Below, piece after piece: positions 30,388-39,930 of a stretch of 64,000 nt of DNA; the first letter of the stretch is position 1; every line of letters starts with the position of its first letter. The stretch is taken from the NCBI GenBank assembly GCA_027491355.1, contig JAIXWI010000034.1, positions 4,240 to 68,239 of the forward strand, given 5' to 3'. The notes beneath the pieces were generated by a model. That model did no database searches and was not told the origin of the DNA. It saw only the letters and a program-made list of their open reading frames with translations. The DNA is from Bacteroidota bacterium. GTDB taxonomy: Bacteria > Bacteroidota > Bacteroidia > UKL13-3. Both the position numbers and the translations under genes were made by a program.

Positions 30388-32289
30388 TTGCGCATGATTT
30401 ATTTGAGAGCAGAAAATCTTTGCAGAAGATACGGAGAAAGAACCTTGTTTAAAAACCTAAATTTAAGCATTGCGAAGGGAGAAAGAATTGCATTGATTGC
30501 AAAAAACGGTACAGGAAAAAGTTCATTACTTGAAATTTTAACCGGAAAAGAAGAGTCGGATGAGGACGGAAAAGTCATCATCGATAAAAACATCACCTGG
30601 ACTTACCTACAACAAGAGCCTGTTTTTAACCCAAGACATACCGTTTTGGAGGCCATTTTCAATACTGAACATCCCAAGTTTAAAACCATTGCTGCTTTTG
30701 AACTCTTAACAGAAAAAATGGAACATGACTCCGAAAATGTTCAAATTCATGAAGAGATGCAAAAAGTAATGGAGGACATGGAATTGCATCAAGCCTGGGA
30801 CTTAGAAAACAAAGTTCAAACCATTTTAACTAAACTCAATTTACACCACCATTTAGAACAAACAGTAAACAGTTTAAGTGGTGGTCAAAAGAAACGTTTG
30901 GCCTTGGCACAGGTATTGATTCAAGAACCAGATTTTGTAATCATGGATGAACCTACCAACCATCTAGATTTACAAATGATTGAATGGTTAGAAGCTTGGC
31001 TACAGGCATTAGACTTAACCCTTTTATTGGTTACCCACGACCGTTATTTCTTGGATAAAATTTGCAATGAAATCATTGAAATTGATGAAGGGCAATTGTT
31101 CACCTACAAAGGCAATTATGCCTATTTCTTAGAAAAGAAAGAAATGCGTGAAACTTACCAAGCAAAAGAAGCAGATGCTGCACGTAAACTCGCTAAAAAA
31201 GAACTGGAATGGATGCGCAAACAACCCAAAGCCAGAACTACCAAAAGTAAAAGCCGTATAGATGCTTATTATGAATTGAAAGAGAAAGCAGCATACCAAA
31301 AAGACGATAGCCAAGTTGAAATTCATTTGCAAATGCAAAGACTGGGCACAAAAATTTTAGAGGTCAGCCATTTAGAAAAAAGATTTGGTGATTTGAGCAT
31401 TTGCGAAAACTTCACCCACTTATTTGTTCCGGGTGAACGCATTGGTATCATTGGTCAAAATGGGGTTGGAAAAAGTACTTTCCTCAACATGCTTTTGGGC
31501 ATAGAGAAACCTGATGGAGGGAAAATTTCAAAGGGCGATACCGTTAAATTTGGCTATTACAACCAGCAAGGCATTCAACTCAAAGAAGACAAAAGGGTAA
31601 TAGAAGTAATCACGGATATTGCCGAATACATTGAAGTTGGTAAAGGGGTAAAAATGACCGCGACCAATTTATTGAAACAATTTTTGTTTGATTCAAAAAA
31701 GCAATACAACTATGTGGGTTCCTTAAGCGGAGGAGAAAAAAGAAGGTTGTACTTATTAACCATCTTAATGCAACAACCTAATTTCTTGGTATTGGATGAA
31801 CCTACCAACGATTTGGATATTGATACCTTGAATGTATTGGAAGATTTTCTTTCGGCATACAATGGTTGTATCTTAATTGTTACCCATGACCGTTATTTCA
31901 TGGACAATTTGGTTGACTCCTTGTTTGTGTTTGAAGGCAATGGTAAAATCAGGTCATTCAATGGCAACTACCAAGAGTATTTGAATTCATTGGAAAATCC
32001 GAAAGAGGAAAAAGAAGCACCAAGCAAACCCTCTATTCAAAATAACACCACAATTAATTCAGAACCAGCAAGCCAATCTAAAAAGAAATTGAGCTATAAA
32101 GAGCAAAGAGAATTGGAACAATTAACTGAAGAGATTGAAATTTTGAGTAAGCAAAAACAGGTGCTTGAACAAAAACTACAAGAACAAGTTTCAGACCATG
32201 CAGCCCTTTTGCAATTGACACAAGATTATGAACTCATCAAACAAAAATTAGATGACAAAGAATTGCGTTGGTTAGAACTCACTGAATAA
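30388..32289 (+). CDS. ABC-F family ATPase, Uup-like (two ABC domains plus a C-terminal coiled-coil domain)
   Basis: Two Walker A motifs (AKNGTGKSS, GQNGVGKST), two LSGG signature motifs, and a K/E-rich coiled-coil tail. Confidence 0.8.
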   Translation: MRMIYLRAENLCRRYGERTLFKNLNLSIAKGERIALIAKNGTGKSSLLEILTGKEESDEDGKVIIDKNITWTYLQQEPVFNPRHTVLEAIFNTEHPKFKTIAAFELLTEKMEHDSENVQIHEEMQKVMEDMELHQAWDLENKVQTILTKLNLHHHLEQTVNSLSGGQKKRLALAQVLIQEPDFVIMDEPTNHLDLQMIEWLEAWLQALDLTLLLVTHDRYFLDKICNEIIEIDEGQLFTYKGNYAYFLEKKEMRETYQAKEADAARKLAKKELEWMRKQPKARTTKSKSRIDAYYELKEKAAYQKDDSQVEIHLQMQRLGTKILEVSHLEKRFGDLSICENFTHLFVPGERIGIIGQNGVGKSTFLNMLLGIEKPDGGKISKGDTVKFGYYNQQGIQLKEDKRVIEVITDIAEYIEVGKGVKMTATNLLKQFLFDSKKQYNYVGSLSGGEKRRLYLLTILMQQPNFLVLDEPTNDLDIDTLNVLEDFLSAYNGCILIVTHDRYFMDNLVDSLFVFEGNGKIRSFNGNYQEYLNSLENPKEEKEAPSKPSIQNNTTINSEPASQSKKKLSYKEQRELEQLTEEIEILSKQKQVLEQKLQEQVSDHAALLQLTQDYELIKQKLDDKELRWLELTE

Positions 32290-32997
32290 TCAGGGTGTTG
32301 GCGTTTCTTTGATACCTTGCTCAGCTACTGTAAAAAAGTGGGTGGAAAGGCTTTGTCTTTGGGTAATATAACTGGTATAATTGCCATGGTAGTTTGTTCT
32401 TTCTCTCATAATGGCATCATAGTTACCGCTTAAGCCTATGAGCATTTCACAGGCTTCTCTTACTGCAAAATTACCACTTTCATGACCAGTTACATAGTCT
32501 GCCAAGTTGTTTTGTACCACATAATGCTTAAACAAAGGATTGGCTTTGCGGTTGATTAAAATGCGCAATCCACAGGCGGATGCAATACTCAAATCCAATA
32601 CATCATCAAAAAAATAGCATACCTCGTGCATGGCCAATTCATGTTCATGACAAAAATGCTGCAGGGCATCTATTTTATGGGCTATTTTATAATATGCCGA
32701 TTGAAAATGCTCTCTTTGGGCAAAATAAAATGCTTGTTCGTTTTTCTCTCCTGAAATGATTGCAGCCAGAGGCATTTCATTGTTTTTATAAAAATGGGCG
32801 TACCTCAATAAGTTGGTTCCCATGCTATCCGCTTCATTGAAATTGCTGCTATTATTGGCATTTTTAGCTGCATCGTTGAATACACCATCCCAATCAAATA
32901 CAAATGCTTTTATTTGATTCAATTTTTCTACAATGGCTCTGGGTCTTTGAACAAAAACACCTCCAATGGCCTCAAATTCATTTACAATTGTTTGCAT
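32290..32997 (-). CDS. HAD-IIIA phosphatase, KdsC-like (Kdo-8-phosphate phosphatase) with an N-terminal extension
   Basis: HAD motif I FVFDWDGVF. C-terminal ADYVTGHESGNFAVREACEMLIGLSG closely parallels the KdsC ADYVT..GG.GAVREVCDLLL block. Context: kdsA, kdsB. Confidence 0.6.
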   Translation of the reverse strand: MQTIVNEFEAIGGVFVQRPRAIVEKLNQIKAFVFDWDGVFNDAAKNANNSSNFNEADSMGTNLLRYAHFYKNNEMPLAAIISGEKNEQAFYFAQREHFQSAYYKIAHKIDALQHFCHEHELAMHEVCYFFDDVLDLSIASACGLRILINRKANPLFKHYVVQNNLADYVTGHESGNFAVREACEMLIGLSGNYDAIMRERTNYHGNYTSYITQRQSLSTHFFTVAEQGIKETPTP

Positions 32998-33014
32998 AAT
33001 GCATTATTTATTCA

Positions 33015-33044
33015 TAAAAAAAGGAGGTTGAAGCCTCCTTTTTA
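33015..33044 (-). terminator. rho-independent terminator (minus orientation) after the Tal-CBS gene
   Basis: AGGAGG-TTGAAG-CCTCCT hairpin with a T-run on the minus strand. Confidence 0.6.
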
Positions 33045-33061
33045 CTTATTTATATTGTGAA

Positions 33062-34072
33062 TTAAGATTCTAAATCTTGGATGTCTAACATGCCTACTGG
33101 TTTGCCATTTTCTGTTACCAAAATGGTATCAACTTTGGTTGATTTGAAAACCACTGCAGCATCGTTCAACAAAGCGTTTGAATCAATTGAAACAGCAGTA
33201 CCGTATTCAAAATCACCCATTTTCTTAGCCAATACATCTCTGCCATCGTTTTGGATTTTTCTGCGTAAATCGCCATCGGTGAATACCCCTTTTAAAGAGC
33301 CATCTGAATTGATCACAGTAATGGCACCAAACCCAAATTCAGTCATTTTGATGATGGCATCAGACAAATTCGTATTGACATCAATTGTTGGATTGACACC
33401 ATTCAATACTTCTTTTACCCTTACGGTCATTAAACGGGTATCTCTGATGAATTGATCGGTTCCAACTGTCGTGAAATGATTTTCTGTCAACTGTTTCATG
33501 ATTTTCAATGGAACAGTGATGGTATGCACTCCCAAGTTTAAAGCATTTCTGATATGCTCCATGGTTCTAACCGATGAGAACATCACTTTGGTATCGTAAC
33601 CATAATGGTCTACAGCTGAAACGATTTGACTTACTAAATCCAAAGCATCATGGCCTTGGTCTTGTAACCTGCCTACCAATGGGCATACATAAGTAGCACC
33701 TGCATGCATAGCCATGTATGCTTGTTGCAAAGTGTAAACCAAATGTACATTTACTAAATATCCTTTGCTACGCAATAATTTACAAGCTCTTACACCTTCT
33801 AATGATACTGGAATTTTAAATACTGTTTTTTTAGGGTCTAAACCCAATGCCAATTGTCTTTCTGCTTCTTTTAACACATCTTCTGCTGTATCTCCTAAAG
33901 CTTCAATTTGAAGTACAGGTACCATTTTAGACAATTTTACAATCATCCCGTCAATATCTGTAATCCCTTCCCTTTGCATAAATGTCGGGGTAGTGGTTAG
34001 GCCATTTAAAAAGCCCAATTTAAAACCTTCTTCAATCTCTTTCAGATTGGCTGAGTCTAAATATAATTCCAT
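33062..34072 (-). CDS. fusion protein: transaldolase/fructose-6-phosphate-aldolase (Tal/Fsa) catalytic domain plus a C-terminal KdsD-type CBS pair
   Basis: The first ~215 aa are colinear with small Tal/Fsa enzymes: MELYLDSANL with the Asp, GLTTTP, Schiff-base Lys in TVFKIP, NVHLVYT, AGATYVCPLVGRL, GHDALDL. The last ~120 aa are two CBS motifs including GVFTDGDLRR, which is near-identical to KdsD's GIFTDGDLRR. Confidence 0.7.
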   Translation of the reverse strand: MELYLDSANLKEIEEGFKLGFLNGLTTTPTFMQREGITDIDGMIVKLSKMVPVLQIEALGDTAEDVLKEAERQLALGLDPKKTVFKIPVSLEGVRACKLLRSKGYLVNVHLVYTLQQAYMAMHAGATYVCPLVGRLQDQGHDALDLVSQIVSAVDHYGYDTKVMFSSVRTMEHIRNALNLGVHTITVPLKIMKQLTENHFTTVGTDQFIRDTRLMTVRVKEVLNGVNPTIDVNTNLSDAIIKMTEFGFGAITVINSDGSLKGVFTDGDLRRKIQNDGRDVLAKKMGDFEYGTAVSIDSNALLNDAAVVFKSTKVDTILVTENGKPVGMLDIQDLES

Positions 34073-34150
34073 AATTAATTCTTGCTAATAACGCACAATA
34101 ATAAGCCAAATTTATGAATTCAAAAACCCTCTTGTTACAAGGGCTTTTGA

Positions 34151-34981
34151 TTACTTTCTGAATTTCACTTCAGTTTGGTGAATTTCAATCAATGGTTTTA
34201 AAAACTCTTCCAAATCATCAATACACAATTGCGAAGCCGCATCGCACAATGCTTTTGATGGCTCTGGGTGGGTTTCAATGAAAATACCATCTATACCTGC
34301 AGCTACACCTGCCCTACTCAAAACTGGCAAAAATTCTCTGGCTCCTCCATTTGGATCTGCGCTAGGTGTGCCATATTTCCTTACACAATGCGTTACATCA
34401 AATACCACTGGGTAGCCAATATTTCTGAGGTGGTAGAAACTTCTTGGATCAACAATTAAATCGTTGTAACCAAATGTAAATCCTCTTTCTGTTAAAATCA
34501 CTTGGTCGTTACCCGATTCAACACATTTGGCAACAGGATGCTTCATGTTTTCAGGTGCTAAAAACTGACCATGCTTGATATTCACAACCTTACCTGTTTT
34601 TGCAGCTGCTACCATTAAAGTACTTTGCATACACAAATAAGCTGGAATTTGAATCACATCTACTACTTCACCAGCAGCAGTTGCTTGTTCTGGGTAATGT
34701 ACATCTGTTAAAATAGGGAAACCAAATTGTTCTCTGATTTTAGCCAACAATTTAACACCCTTGTCTAATCCTGGTCCATCGTAGTATTTTAAACTACTGC
34801 GGTTGTCTTTTTGAAAAGACGATTTATAAATTACTTCTATTTTCAATCTTTCAGAAATCTCTTTCAGCATTTCTGCTGTTTTCATCATGATTGATTCATC
34901 TTCAATTACACATGGGCCTGAAATCAGAAACAAGTTATCTGAGCCACATTCAATATTTCCTACTTTTACAATTTTTGTCAT
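34151..34981 (-). CDS. kdsA: 3-deoxy-8-phosphooctulonate synthase (Kdo8P synthase)
   Basis: 276 aa; FKSSFQKDNRSS, GPGL, ILTDVH, VVDVIQIPA, NIKHGQF, FDVTH and AAGIDGIFIETHP are colinear with KdsA. Confidence 0.85.
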   Translation of the reverse strand: MTKIVKVGNIECGSDNLFLISGPCVIEDESIMMKTAEMLKEISERLKIEVIYKSSFQKDNRSSLKYYDGPGLDKGVKLLAKIREQFGFPILTDVHYPEQATAAGEVVDVIQIPAYLCMQSTLMVAAAKTGKVVNIKHGQFLAPENMKHPVAKCVESGNDQVILTERGFTFGYNDLIVDPRSFYHLRNIGYPVVFDVTHCVRKYGTPSADPNGGAREFLPVLSRAGVAAGIDGIFIETHPEPSKALCDAASQLCIDDLEEFLKPLIEIHQTEVKFRK

Positions 34982-34992
34982 TTGTTTAACAA

Positions 34993-36075
34993 TTACATTC
35001 TTCTAAATAAAGACTCAATAAATCCGATATCAATTTTTTCTTTCCAATCAGTACCAATGGCATGGTTCCACATGTGGTGCAAATTATACGCAACATGTGC
35101 CATTGCTGTAATTTCTTGGTCTGTCCAATTCTTGCTCAAACCTGTAGGTAAAACAATCTTGTGTTTGGCCAACATGCTGTTAAATTCTGCAACACCTTCC
35201 GGATAAAAATCACTGAGGTGTTGAAAAGCCAAACAATTGGCATAGCAGTGTTTTTCACCAAAAATTTTACTCAATCCGTAACTCAAAGCATGGCAAACAC
35301 CAACTTCACTGTAGGTAAGGCTCAAACCACCCATCAAAGAGGCAACCATTAATTTGTCATCATTTTCTGGTGATTGACCAGCCTGTTCTCCTAAATAGAT
35401 TTCTCTGCATAATTTCAGCGATTGCTCGCCGTAAGCCATGCTATAAGCATTGTTTAAAATACCATCACGGCTTTCAATGCAATGAATAAAAGTATCCATT
35501 CCGGTATAAAACCATTTGTCAACAGGAACAGAAGCAGTCAATTCAGAATCTAAAATCACTTGGTCAAAAATGGTCCATTCGCATTTCAAACCTAATTTTT
35601 TCTCAGGACCAGTTAATACAGCAGTCATGCTACATTCGGCTCCAGTTCCTGAAATTGTAGGTACGCCCACATGGTAAACACCTGGTTTCTTAATTAGGTT
35701 TAAACCTTGGTATTGAACTGAAGAACCTTCATTGGTTAGCATCAAGGCTGTTGCTTTTGCTATGTCCATGATACTGCCACCACCAATACCTATTAAACCA
35801 GCAGGAAGTCCGGATTTGGCTAATATTTCATCTCTCAATTGGTCTATTTGCTCGGTTGTAGGTTCATGTGGGTCTACATCAATGAAATAAACCAAGTCAT
35901 TCGCTTTTGAAGGCAATTGCTGAGCCAATGCTTTGTTTTTGAAAAAGGCATCAACTACAAATACCATGTAACCATTGTTCAGGTGACGCTTTTCTGCTAA
36001 AATTTCATCCAGTTGGGCGAAGCTTCCTCTTCCAAAAACTGTTTTTTCTATGCTTTTAAAATTCTTGTGACTCAT
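34993..36075 (-). CDS. iron-containing alcohol dehydrogenase / dehydroquinate-synthase-like superfamily oxidoreductase, KdnB-like
   Basis: GIGGGSIMDIAKA glycine-rich NAD motif and His-containing metal ligand regions. It lies 11 bp upstream of kdsA and 10 bp downstream of a DegT aminotransferase. Confidence 0.65.
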   Translation of the reverse strand: MSHKNFKSIEKTVFGRGSFAQLDEILAEKRHLNNGYMVFVVDAFFKNKALAQQLPSKANDLVYFIDVDPHEPTTEQIDQLRDEILAKSGLPAGLIGIGGGSIMDIAKATALMLTNEGSSVQYQGLNLIKKPGVYHVGVPTISGTGAECSMTAVLTGPEKKLGLKCEWTIFDQVILDSELTASVPVDKWFYTGMDTFIHCIESRDGILNNAYSMAYGEQSLKLCREIYLGEQAGQSPENDDKLMVASLMGGLSLTYSEVGVCHALSYGLSKIFGEKHCYANCLAFQHLSDFYPEGVAEFNSMLAKHKIVLPTGLSKNWTDQEITAMAHVAYNLHHMWNHAIGTDWKEKIDIGFIESLFRRM

Positions 36076-36085
36076 GCAATAAAAC

Positions 36086-37282
36086 TTATTTCAAAACTGA
36101 TTGTATTGCTTTGCCAATTGCAGCAACCAAAGCTTTCAATTCTTCCTCAGTCCATGTAGCTTTGATACTGAATGAAATTAACCTTCCTATGGTACTTTGG
36201 GTTTTTGGCAAATCTAGGTTAGAGTAATCTTGAGGCGCCCCTAATAATTGTACATTTGTTTTTGCAGCAACCCTACCTTCTTTGATGTGGTCCCATTGGT
36301 TGATAAAATGATACATATTGGTGTACCAATAATTGAAGCCTGTTATGCCATTTTGGTTGAATGCGTTGACTGTTTTTTGAGCCAAGATCGTATCTGGCAA
36401 AAGAATGTTTAAAAAGGTAGCCGAATCACCATCTTTATCTGGAATTTCAGCAAACGATACACCTTTTATTTTGCCTAATTCTGCCATCATAAACTTTTTA
36501 TGGCTATTGTTCAAAGTTCGGATTTGAGGCACTCTTCTCGTTTGGGCCAAACCTACAGCAGCATGTAACTCAGAAATGCGGTAATTGAATCCTAGTACAG
36601 GATGATTTTCCATGCCTCTGTTATTGCCTTTGTGGTCATGCCCATGGTCTGCATAATTATCAGCCAATTTGTATGCTTTCTCACTATTGGTAACCATTAC
36701 ACCTCCTTCACCAGCGGTTGCAATTTTAAAAAAATCAAAACTGTAACATCCAGTTGTTCCCCATAAACCAGTGGAAACGCCTTTGTAACTTGCAGCCATT
36801 GCTTGTCCTGCATCTTCAACTAAAACCAAATTATTTTCTAAAATTACTGGCATGATTTCATCCATGTTGGCCATTTGACCACACATATGAACCAATAAAA
36901 CGGCTTTGGTTTTTGGGGTGATTGCTTTTTTTATACCTGCTGCACTAAGACAAAGTGTTTCATCAATTTCTGCAAATACTGGTAAAGCGCCTGCAAAAAT
37001 AACTGCTTCAACTGATGCTATGTAAGTGAAAGGTGGAACGATTACCTCGTCTCCTGCACCAATGCCAGCTGCTGCCAGAGCACAGGAAACAGCAGTTGAA
37101 CCACTTGATACTGCATGTGCGTATTTTGCACCTACCAGGTTGGCTACTTCTTTTTCAAATTCTTTTGCTTTCCAAATATTGTTTCGTTGAGCATCATGGT
37201 TGTATCTGAATAAAATGCCCGTTTCTAATACGTCGTTGATTTCTTTTTTCTCTTCTGCTCCAAAAAATTCGGTTCCTGCCAT
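36086..37282 (-). CDS. DegT/DnrJ/EryC1/StrS-family PLP-dependent aminotransferase, KdnA-like
   Basis: 398 aa; SSGSTAVSCALAAAGIGAGDEVIVPPFTYIASVEAV and a downstream PLP-Lys region typical of the sugar aminotransferase fold. Confidence 0.7.
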   Translation of the reverse strand: MAGTEFFGAEEKKEINDVLETGILFRYNHDAQRNNIWKAKEFEKEVANLVGAKYAHAVSSGSTAVSCALAAAGIGAGDEVIVPPFTYIASVEAVIFAGALPVFAEIDETLCLSAAGIKKAITPKTKAVLLVHMCGQMANMDEIMPVILENNLVLVEDAGQAMAASYKGVSTGLWGTTGCYSFDFFKIATAGEGGVMVTNSEKAYKLADNYADHGHDHKGNNRGMENHPVLGFNYRISELHAAVGLAQTRRVPQIRTLNNSHKKFMMAELGKIKGVSFAEIPDKDGDSATFLNILLPDTILAQKTVNAFNQNGITGFNYWYTNMYHFINQWDHIKEGRVAAKTNVQLLGAPQDYSNLDLPKTQSTIGRLISFSIKATWTEEELKALVAAIGKAIQSVLK

Positions 37283-37344
37283 AAATTAAAAATTTCTGCA
37301 AATTTACGAAATATTACAGCATTTAAAAGCATCATTGCAAGTAT

Positions 37345-38355
37345 TTATGGAACCATTAATTGGCTGATAATAGCTTGTTTATCGCCTGAAATATGAACTT
37401 TTGAAGAATTTACTTTTGACTGCAAACCGTTGTTATATGCTTTATCGTAGTAATACAAAACTTCATTGACCCATGCATTGTAATTGCTGTTTTGTAAGGC
37501 TTCAACTGCTATACGGGTTCTTAAATCACCCAATTTTTTACTAATCTGCTTTGTTGCTTGAATCAATTCATCTTTATTATACTTGGCATAGTTTTCAATG
37601 ATGGTATTGATTCTTGACGCTAAATCTTTTTCTATGAAATACAATGGCGCCTTTCGTATTTGTTGGAAAAAAAGGTCTGGTATTTGAATTTTACCAATCA
37701 ACCTGCTTTCATCCTCCACCCAAATGCATTTTTCTCTGTTTTGAAGGTGCAACAGAGAAAACAAATTATTTTCGAACTGTTCTTGAGTAGGTTGGAGTCC
37801 TTTACCTATTCCTCCAAATGCAGATCCTCTATGATTTGCCAACCCTTCTAAATCAATAACTTGCTCTCCATTAAGTCTCAAACTGTAAAGGATGTCTGTT
37901 TTGCCACTTCCTGTATAACCACCAATGACTTTTATTGGATAAGGAACCTCAAAACCCTTTTGAACAAATTGCCTGTATGCTTTGTATCCTCCTTCAATGA
38001 TGGTTACATCAAAACCTGCTGATAACAATAGGTTTCCCAAAATTTGACTACGCAACCCACCCCTCCAACAATGAACTATAAGCTTATTTTTTCCAAACGC
38101 CATGTGAGCATTCTTGATCATTTTGGCAAATTTTGGGGCAACCAATTCATATCCCAGCACCACAGCTTCAAAACTTCCTTTTGTTTTGTAACAAGTTCCT
38201 ACAATTATGCGTTCTTGGTTGTTGAGTAATGGAAAAGAAACTGCTCCAGGAATATGACCTTGTAAAAATTCTGCTTCACTCCTAGCATCCAATAAACAGA
38301 CATGTTCAGTTCGTTGGCTGTATGCTGCAATATCGATTTGCTGGATAGTTCTCAT
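37345..38355 (-). CDS. mnmH: tRNA 2-selenouridine synthase (rhodanese plus P-loop)
   Basis: Rhodanese active-site CWRGGLRS, P-loop GYTGSGKT; 336 aa. Confidence 0.75.
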   Translation of the reverse strand: MRTIQQIDIAAYSQRTEHVCLLDARSEAEFLQGHIPGAVSFPLLNNQERIIVGTCYKTKGSFEAVVLGYELVAPKFAKMIKNAHMAFGKNKLIVHCWRGGLRSQILGNLLLSAGFDVTIIEGGYKAYRQFVQKGFEVPYPIKVIGGYTGSGKTDILYSLRLNGEQVIDLEGLANHRGSAFGGIGKGLQPTQEQFENNLFSLLHLQNREKCIWVEDESRLIGKIQIPDLFFQQIRKAPLYFIEKDLASRINTIIENYAKYNKDELIQATKQISKKLGDLRTRIAVEALQNSNYNAWVNEVLYYYDKAYNNGLQSKVNSSKVHISGDKQAIISQLMVP

Positions 38356-38403
38356 GATAAATTTAGGATACTAAAAAAAATTGTTGAAATTTGCGTGTAA
38401 ATT

Positions 38404-39930
38404 ATGGAAGAAAAAGTACTCATCATTGATTTCGGTTCTCAATATACACAACTTATAGCTAGAAGGCTAAGAGAATTGAACGTTTACTCTGAAATACATC
38501 CTTGTACAAACTTACCAACTCTGGATGAACAAACCAAGGCTGTTATTCTGAGTGGAAGTCCCTACAGTGTAAGCGATGGCTTGTTACCTGCAGTTGATTT
38601 GAGTATTTACAGAGGTAAATTACCTTTATTGGGGGTTTGCTATGGAGCACAATATTTGGCTCATGCCAATGGTGGTTTTGTCATGCCTTCAAAAATCAGA
38701 GAATATGGGAGAGCCAATTTGAGCATGGTAAATGACGCCATTTTGTTCGAGGGCATTGCTCTTAATTCTCAAGTTTGGATGAGCCATGGCGACACCATCA
38801 AAGAAATACCAGAGGGTTTTGAAACCATTGCAAGTACTACGTCGGTTGAAAATGCTGCCTTTAAAGTTAAAGGAGAAGCAACTTATGGCATTCAGTTTCA
38901 TCCAGAGGTAACACACAGTACAGATGGAAAAAAATTATTGTTCAATTTTATCAGTAAAATAGCCGGACTTCAACAAAACTGGAACCCAGATCATTTTATT
39001 GCATCCGCTACTCAAGAAATCAAAGAAAAAATTGGATCCGATAAAGTAATCATAGGATTGTCGGGTGGAGTAGATTCTTCAGTAGCCGCTATTTTGCTCA
39101 AAAAAGCCATTGACAAACAATTGATTGGTATATTCATAGACAATGGATTACTCAGAAAAGATGAATTTGAACAAGTATTAGAGGCATACAAAGAAATGGG
39201 CTTGCATGTCATTGGTGTAGATGCAAAATCTCGTTTTTTAAATGAATTAAAAGGAATCAGCGACCCAGAACATAAAAGAAAAACTATTGGCAGAGTTTTT
39301 ATTGAAGTTTTTGAAGAAGAGGCAAATAAATTAGAGGGCATCAAATGGTTGGCTCAAGGCACCATCTACCCTGATGTCATAGAAAGTGTAAGTGTAAAAG
39401 GGCCATCGGCAACCATTAAATCTCATCACAATGTGGGCGGATTGCCAGAGAAAATGCATTTAAAAATTGTAGAGCCTTTGAGAATGCTATTCAAAGATGA
39501 AGTTAGGAATGTTGGGCATGCGCTTGGAATTGATAAAATGATTTTAAACAGACATCCATTTCCAGGACCAGGTTTAGCCATTCGTATTTTAGGTGATGTA
39601 ACTACCGATAAGGTAAGAATTCTTCAGGAAGCTGATGCCATTTTTATTGGTGAATTGAAAACTAAAAACTTGTACCCACAAGTTTGGCAAGCAGGTGCAA
39701 TTTTTTTACCCGTGCAATCTGTAGGTGTTATGGGTGACGAAAGAACTTATGAACATGTCATTTGTTTGAGAGCTGTTACTTCCGTTGATGGTATGACTGC
39801 TGATTTTTGTCATTTACCACATGATTTCTTGAGTTTAGTCGCCAATCGCATCATCAATGAAGTAAAAGGAATAAATCGAGTAGTCTATGATATCAGCTCA
39901 AAACCACCCGCAACGATTGAATGGGAATAA
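38404..39930 (+). CDS. guaA: GMP synthase (glutamine-hydrolysing)
   Basis: GATase domain (GVCYGAQ, H..E), PP-loop SGGVDSSV, C-terminal dimerisation domain; 508 aa. Confidence 0.9.
   Translation: MEEKVLIIDFGSQYTQLIARRLRELNVYSEIHPCTNLPTLDEQTKAVILSGSPYSVSDGLLPAVDLSIYRGKLPLLGVCYGAQYLAHANGGFVMPSKIREYGRANLSMVNDAILFEGIALNSQVWMSHGDTIKEIPEGFETIASTTSVENAAFKVKGEATYGIQFHPEVTHSTDGKKLLFNFISKIAGLQQNWNPDHFIASATQEIKEKIGSDKVIIGLSGGVDSSVAAILLKKAIDKQLIGIFIDNGLLRKDEFEQVLEAYKEMGLHVIGVDAKSRFLNELKGISDPEHKRKTIGRVFIEVFEEEANKLEGIKWLAQGTIYPDVIESVSVKGPSATIKSHHNVGGLPEKMHLKIVEPLRMLFKDEVRNVGHALGIDKMILNRHPFPGPGLAIRILGDVTTDKVRILQEADAIFIGELKTKNLYPQVWQAGAIFLPVQSVGVMGDERTYEHVICLRAVTSVDGMTADFCHLPHDFLSLVANRIINEVKGINRVVYDISSKPPATIEWE

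Noticed and set aside
39887-39930. 44-bp overlap of the PBP-like ORF with the end of guaA
   Set aside because: It is an artefact of choosing the longest ORF; a TTG at 39917 gives a clean signal peptide and reduces the overlap to 14 bp.
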